Part shown: positions 15,287-19,436 of the stretch, in pieces
How the letters are laid out: each line of letters begins with the position of its first letter
Numbering within the stretch: the first letter of the stretch is position 1
NCBI GenBank assembly: GCA_036339875.1
Contig: JAYZAC010000176.1
Coordinates: 1-19,436 of the forward strand
DNA: 19,436 bases
Direction of reading: 5' to 3'
Source of the DNA: a bacterium
Lineage (GTDB): Bacteria > Muiribacteriota > UBA6191
The notes under the pieces: model-generated
What the model was told of the DNA's origin: nothing
Databases searched by the model: none
The model's input: only the letters and a program-made list of their open reading frames with translations
Position numbers and translations under genes: made by a program

Positions 15287-15847
15287 TTAGTTTAGTGGAA
15301 CTACTACGTTGTAACCTGCAACGACTTCCATACCTGATGCCTTAGCCATAACAACAGCAGTTTTAACAACGCCACCTTGAATAGCACCGGGAGCCATAGC
15401 TTCCACAGTAGCCTTTTCCTGTGCACTCAATTGTGAAGCTGGGTAATTTTGAGCAACAATGATAGTAGCTTTTGGGCTAAAAAACTGAACGAACTTACTA
15501 CTTCCTTGAGTCCCAACCTGACGACCAGTAAACGGAATTTGAGTTGCTCCATCGCTGTTAAATTGAGCTCCTTTGTGAGTTCCGCGAATCTGTGATTGTC
15601 CAGCACCGTTTTTGTATACAGTGATTGTACCTAGAGGTCCGGTCACAGTGTACTCACTCATTGGGCTTGCTGGGCTCTTGTAAAGTTCAGCAAAATTAAC
15701 TTGCTTCTTGAAATTGGCTGCTGAAGCCTCAATTTGTTCTGCTGTAGCAGCCTTACCTGTGAAGATGTCCAACTGTGCGTTTTCAGAAGCAGATACGTTG
15801 GCTACAGTTGCTACTAGAGCTAAAGCGATTGAAATTTTCTTGATCAT
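15287..15847 (-). CDS. Secreted hypothetical protein, probably highly expressed
   Basis: Clear Sec signal peptide MIKKISIALALVATVANVSA|SE; strong AGGAG RBS; own promoter and terminator; no Cys; no family recognised. Confidence 0.85.
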   Translation of the reverse strand: MIKKISIALALVATVANVSASENAQLDIFTGKAATAEQIEASAANFKKQVNFAELYKSPASPMSEYTVTGPLGTITVYKNGAGQSQIRGTHKGAQFNSDGATQIPFTGRQVGTQGSSKFVQFFSPKATIIVAQNYPASQLSAQEKATVEAMAPGAIQGGVVKTAVVMAKASGMEVVAGYNVVVPLN

Positions 15848-15976
15848 TTTTTTCTCCTAAGCTTAAAAACCTAATACTTAAAACTGACATTTATATATTG
15901 CTGCAAAACCGACAACAGCAATATTTGTTGTTACGCTTAAGCTGATGTTAATAAAATTAACTTCAGTGTGAAACGC

Positions 15977-16004
15977 ATTTTAAGCAAGAACTTTAAAGCG
16001 TCAA
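15977..16004 (-). promoter_or_regulatory. Putative sigma70 promoter for the 186-aa gene
   Basis: Minus strand TTGACG (16004-15999)-N16-TAAAAT (15982-15977), with an AT-rich UP-element-like tract upstream (~16008-16040). Confidence 0.6.
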
Positions 16005-16060
16005 CCCTTAAATTAAATTTTTAAAATATTTTAAGAAAATCTACCAAAGCTAAAGTTATC

Positions 16061-17428
16061 TTAAGGCGTAGGAGAGTACTTTGAAAGCTCACGATTCATC
16101 TTAACGCTGGCCTCCTTTAAGTATCTCTCAACAATTTGTTTTGCTTCCGATTTTGACGTACTATTTTCGATCAAGGTAATAATTTTATCCATATAAGATC
16201 GAAGAATTATGCGACAACGATACCAAGCGCTGGATCGAGGCTCAGAAGTTCCAATCTCCAGCTGATCACTCGCAGCTCTACCTCCAATCGAATTCTGTAA
16301 ATGATTTTGCATAAGAGGCAATTTCATTGCATCTCTACGAGTTGGAACATAATAAGTGTTCATACCCCAATATGCTGTGATTTCAGGAGAATTCAGCCAG
16401 CGTATAAAGTCCCATGCTCCTAAAGTTCTGTTCTCACCGATACCAGAAAAAATACAAACATTAGTACCTGACATTACTGAACGGTCTACAACACCACCTG
16501 AAGGAACTCTCGTAACGTTGTAATTAAAGCGTAGCTTCTTTTGCATAAATTTTTGAGATACCGCACTGGTGACTATGAATGCAACTTTCTGGGCTCCAAA
16601 ATCATTCTGCAAGTTATAACCTTCACTTCGATAAGCCCACTTATCCATTACTGAATTAACCCACCACATTAAAGCCGCTTGAGATTTTACTGAGTCAAAA
16701 GCGACCTTGGTCTGCGCTTCGTTAGTCATTTTTCCGCCATTCTGCAGCAACATAACGCCAAACAACCATGGATCTACTGCAAAAGAGTAACCATAAATAG
16801 GATTACGCGAATCATTCACACCGTTTCTGCGAACAGCTTTACCGGATTTCTTATCGTATACAAGCTCCTTACTAATCTTTTTACTAATCCTCTCAAGCTC
16901 TTGCCAAGTTTCAGGTTCTTTATCTTCATCAACTAATCTCAAAATATCCTTATTTGAGAAAAGCACCGGAAAACTTTTATTAAATGGTAAAGAGTAAACT
17001 ACCCCATTTTCATAAGTACTATTGTCTCTAAAGACCTTATAAAGCTGATTATATCCATCCCACGTATCTGTAAAGCGATTCAACTTCTGTAGGGACTCTT
17101 CGCCCTCATCACGAGTGAGAAGCATTGTGACTCCCTCATACATCTGTGCAACGTCTGGAGTTTTACCAGCCATCACTGATGCAATGATTTTCTGCTCTAA
17201 AATTCCATAATTACCCATGAATTCAGTATGTACATGATATTTATCTGACTCATTATTGTAGCGCTTGACCATCTCATTGAGAACATCCCCGAGTGGCCCA
17301 CCCATTGCGTGCCAAAAAATTAATTTAAGTTTGCCATTAACATATTCATCCTCTCTTACATTGGAAGTGCATCCCAATAAAAGAACAATCAAAACAGTAA
17401 TTAGCACGGTAATTGCAATCCGATGCAT
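16061..17428 (-). CDS. CUT1 ABC transporter solute-binding lipoprotein (UgpB-like)
   Basis: Lipobox LLG|C20; FWHAMGG, GKTPDVAQ, YSLPFNKS, PETWQEL, AWDFIRWL, YVPTR motifs; adjacent to two CUT1 permeases. Confidence 0.92.
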   Translation of the reverse strand: MHRIAITVLITVLIVLLLGCTSNVREDEYVNGKLKLIFWHAMGGPLGDVLNEMVKRYNNESDKYHVHTEFMGNYGILEQKIIASVMAGKTPDVAQMYEGVTMLLTRDEGEESLQKLNRFTDTWDGYNQLYKVFRDNSTYENGVVYSLPFNKSFPVLFSNKDILRLVDEDKEPETWQELERISKKISKELVYDKKSGKAVRRNGVNDSRNPIYGYSFAVDPWLFGVMLLQNGGKMTNEAQTKVAFDSVKSQAALMWWVNSVMDKWAYRSEGYNLQNDFGAQKVAFIVTSAVSQKFMQKKLRFNYNVTRVPSGGVVDRSVMSGTNVCIFSGIGENRTLGAWDFIRWLNSPEITAYWGMNTYYVPTRRDAMKLPLMQNHLQNSIGGRAASDQLEIGTSEPRSSAWYRCRIILRSYMDKIITLIENSTSKSEAKQIVERYLKEASVKMNRELSKYSPTP

Positions 17429-17432
17429 GCGT

Positions 17433-18413
17433 CTACCCCTTTAACCCGCTAGAGGCCTCACCTTGGACAAAATATTTTTGAGCGAATATGTAGATAATAA
17501 TCAAAGGTAAAATACAAAAGGTAGATGCCGCCATCAACAATTCCCACTCAGTCCCCTCAGCTTGTGAAAAGTATGACAAACCCACCTGTATAGTCCTCAT
17601 CTCCTGAGAGTTTGTAACGATTAATGGCCACAAAAGGGAGTTCCAACTACCTAGAAAGGTAAATATCGAAATTGTAATAATAGGCGGTAGAGCTAGAGGC
17701 ACCAAAATTCTAAATAGAAAACCTGTTTTACTACAACCATCAATCATAGCAGCATCATAAAGATCTCGCGGTATCTGAGCGAAGAATTGCTTCAACATGA
17801 AAATACCAAAAACTCCTGCCAACCAAGGAACGATTAACGCCATATAAGTATCAATCCAACCAAGCTCACTCAATATCAAATAATTTGGAATTAGAAGTGT
17901 TTCTTGGGGAATCATCATAGTTGCCAAAAATAAAGTGAATAAACCGTTCTTAAAAGGAAAATTGAAAAATACAAAAGCATAAGCTGCCAGAATTGACGTG
18001 GTTACCTGTCCGATAGTTGTGACTACAGCTATGAAAAATGAATTCCAAAAATACCTTGTAAAGCTTGGCTGAACCTTATTCCAAGCTTTCAAATAATTGG
18101 ACCAAAGATAAGTTTTATGCTGTAATTCAGTTTTTCCTACCGTAAGCTCTTGATCACTATCTCGAAATCGTACTTTAACTAACTCGTCATCAACACTTAA
18201 TACAATCACTTCATAATTTACACCGGTAGTTTTTTCAGAGTAATAAGCCTTCTGTTGGGGCAGCCACCTATCTACATCGAGAACCTCCGAAGAACTTTTC
18301 AATGAAGTTAAAACCATCCAAAAAAAAGGGAAGCACATCAACAACCCACCGAGGAAAAGTCCAGCATGAATCAAGATTGTGTTCTTAAAGCGCTCTTGTT
18401 TTGCCGTGATCAT
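17433..18413 (-). CDS. CUT1 ABC transporter permease (MalG/UgpE-type)
   Basis: PFFWMVLTSLK, EAA loop IPRDLYDAAMIDG, WNSLLWPLIV, FAQKYFVQG; GGGGAG RBS. Confidence 0.95.
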   Translation of the reverse strand: MITAKQERFKNTILIHAGLFLGGLLMCFPFFWMVLTSLKSSSEVLDVDRWLPQQKAYYSEKTTGVNYEVIVLSVDDELVKVRFRDSDQELTVGKTELQHKTYLWSNYLKAWNKVQPSFTRYFWNSFFIAVVTTIGQVTTSILAAYAFVFFNFPFKNGLFTLFLATMMIPQETLLIPNYLILSELGWIDTYMALIVPWLAGVFGIFMLKQFFAQIPRDLYDAAMIDGCSKTGFLFRILVPLALPPIITISIFTFLGSWNSLLWPLIVTNSQEMRTIQVGLSYFSQAEGTEWELLMAASTFCILPLIIIYIFAQKYFVQGEASSGLKG

Positions 18414-18421
18414 TACTCCCC

Positions 18422-19411
18422 CTATCCGCCGTAGTGTACTTTCTCACCCACGTATTTCTTTTGAAGTAAGGTAAGCACGAAAATGATAGTAAACAATACG
18501 TAAGCCATGGCAGCAGCATATCCGAATTCAAAGGTCTTAAAGGCTTTTTCATATAGATAAAAAACAACGACCGAGGTAGAGCGGTCAGGTCCTCCGAAAG
18601 GAGTCATCATAAATACCTGTACGAAAACTTGAAAGGAAGAGATTGTACTCATAATGAAAATGAAAAATGTTGTTGGCGAAAGTAGTGGCCACGTAACATT
18701 CTTAAATTGTTGGAATGGAGAAGCTCCATCGATCTCAGCAGCTTCATATAACTGAGCTGGTATATTTTGCAGACCAGCCAAAAAGATCACAACATTATAA
18801 CCGAGTACTTTCCATACACTCATCACAATGATACAACATAGCGCAACACTAGGACCATGGATTAAACGAGTAATTACTTGGTCAAAGTCACCCCCAAAAA
18901 CCTGAATATACTGTGGTAAATCAATACTTAACCATCCTAGTACAACTTGAAAAATTCCACGAGACTCACTCAACCACAGTGAAGGACTAATACCTACCAT
19001 TTCAAATAATTGATTAAAAAAACCAGATTTTGTGTCAAACAACCATTTCCACACCAAAGCAACTGCTGCAATTGAAGTAATTACTGGCAAATAATAAATT
19101 GTCCTGTAAATTCCCAAACCCCTGATTTTTTGATTCAATAGTATGGCTATACCTAGAGCGATTAGAATCCCAAGAGGAACACTCATTATCGAAAAAAAGG
19201 CTGTATTCAGCATAGCCCTCCAGAACTCTATGTCCTGAAATAACTCTACGTAATTTTCCAAACCGATGAAATATCGCATCGGATTCTTGAGAGTACCCCG
19301 AAAAATAGATAGTAAAAAAGAGTAAATAACGGGAAAAACATGGAACAGTAAAATAACCAGACTGGCTGGTAATATATAAAGATATGCCGAATAATCCTTA
19401 TGGTCTTGCAT
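18422..19411 (-). CDS. CUT1 ABC transporter permease (MalF/UgpA-type)
   Basis: YLYILPA, FIGLENY, YRTIYYLPVI, EAA loop LQNIPAQLYEAAEIDGAS, TWPLLSPT, GYAAA; GGGAG RBS. Confidence 0.95.
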   Translation of the reverse strand: MQDHKDYSAYLYILPASLVILLFHVFPVIYSFLLSIFRGTLKNPMRYFIGLENYVELFQDIEFWRAMLNTAFFSIMSVPLGILIALGIAILLNQKIRGLGIYRTIYYLPVITSIAAVALVWKWLFDTKSGFFNQLFEMVGISPSLWLSESRGIFQVVLGWLSIDLPQYIQVFGGDFDQVITRLIHGPSVALCCIIVMSVWKVLGYNVVIFLAGLQNIPAQLYEAAEIDGASPFQQFKNVTWPLLSPTTFFIFIMSTISSFQVFVQVFMMTPFGGPDRSTSVVVFYLYEKAFKTFEFGYAAAMAYVLFTIIFVLTLLQKKYVGEKVHYGG

Positions 19412-19436
19412 GCAAGGCTCCCTAAGCTTTGTGAAT

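Noticed and set aside
18385..18567. 60-aa ORF spanning the permease junction
   Set aside because: Overlaps two conserved permease genes in another frame; no support.
16061..19411. Assigning ugpABE (glycerol-3-phosphate) and treating the missing ATPase as unusual
   Set aside because: Substrate cannot be determined from motifs alone. CUT1 systems often share a remote ATPase, and the operon may continue past the right edge.

Overview
AT-rich bacterial chromosomal window, probably from a diderm organism (inferred from the lipoproteins, TolB-like propeller and exported c-type cytochrome). Nearly all genes are on the minus strand. In transcription order (right to left): a CUT1 carbohydrate ABC transporter (two permeases and a lipoprotein solute-binding protein, no ATPase in the window); a small secreted orphan protein with its own promoter, structured 5' leader and terminator; a TPR/TolB-like protein; a lipoprotein with an Ig-like/OmpL47-type module; two co-linear paralogous exported phage-tail-fibre-like proteins (HxH motifs, 10-residue repeats, 8-Cys C-type-lectin-like tips); a 1010-aa exported fusion of a degenerate UshA-like domain (PCGC), a tetrahaem cytochrome c and three thioredoxin-like folds; three type IV minor-pilin/pseudopilin-like genes in a divergent arrangement; and an ArsP/DUF318-family permease that runs off the left edge and is missing from the ORF track. 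I saw no rRNA, tRNA, CRISPR, transposase, integrase or reverse transcriptase. The best candidate for an undescribed system is the envelope locus combining cell-encoded fibre adhesins, minor pilins and a haem-coupled thiol-redox fusion protein. All family calls come from motif recognition by eye, not database searches.
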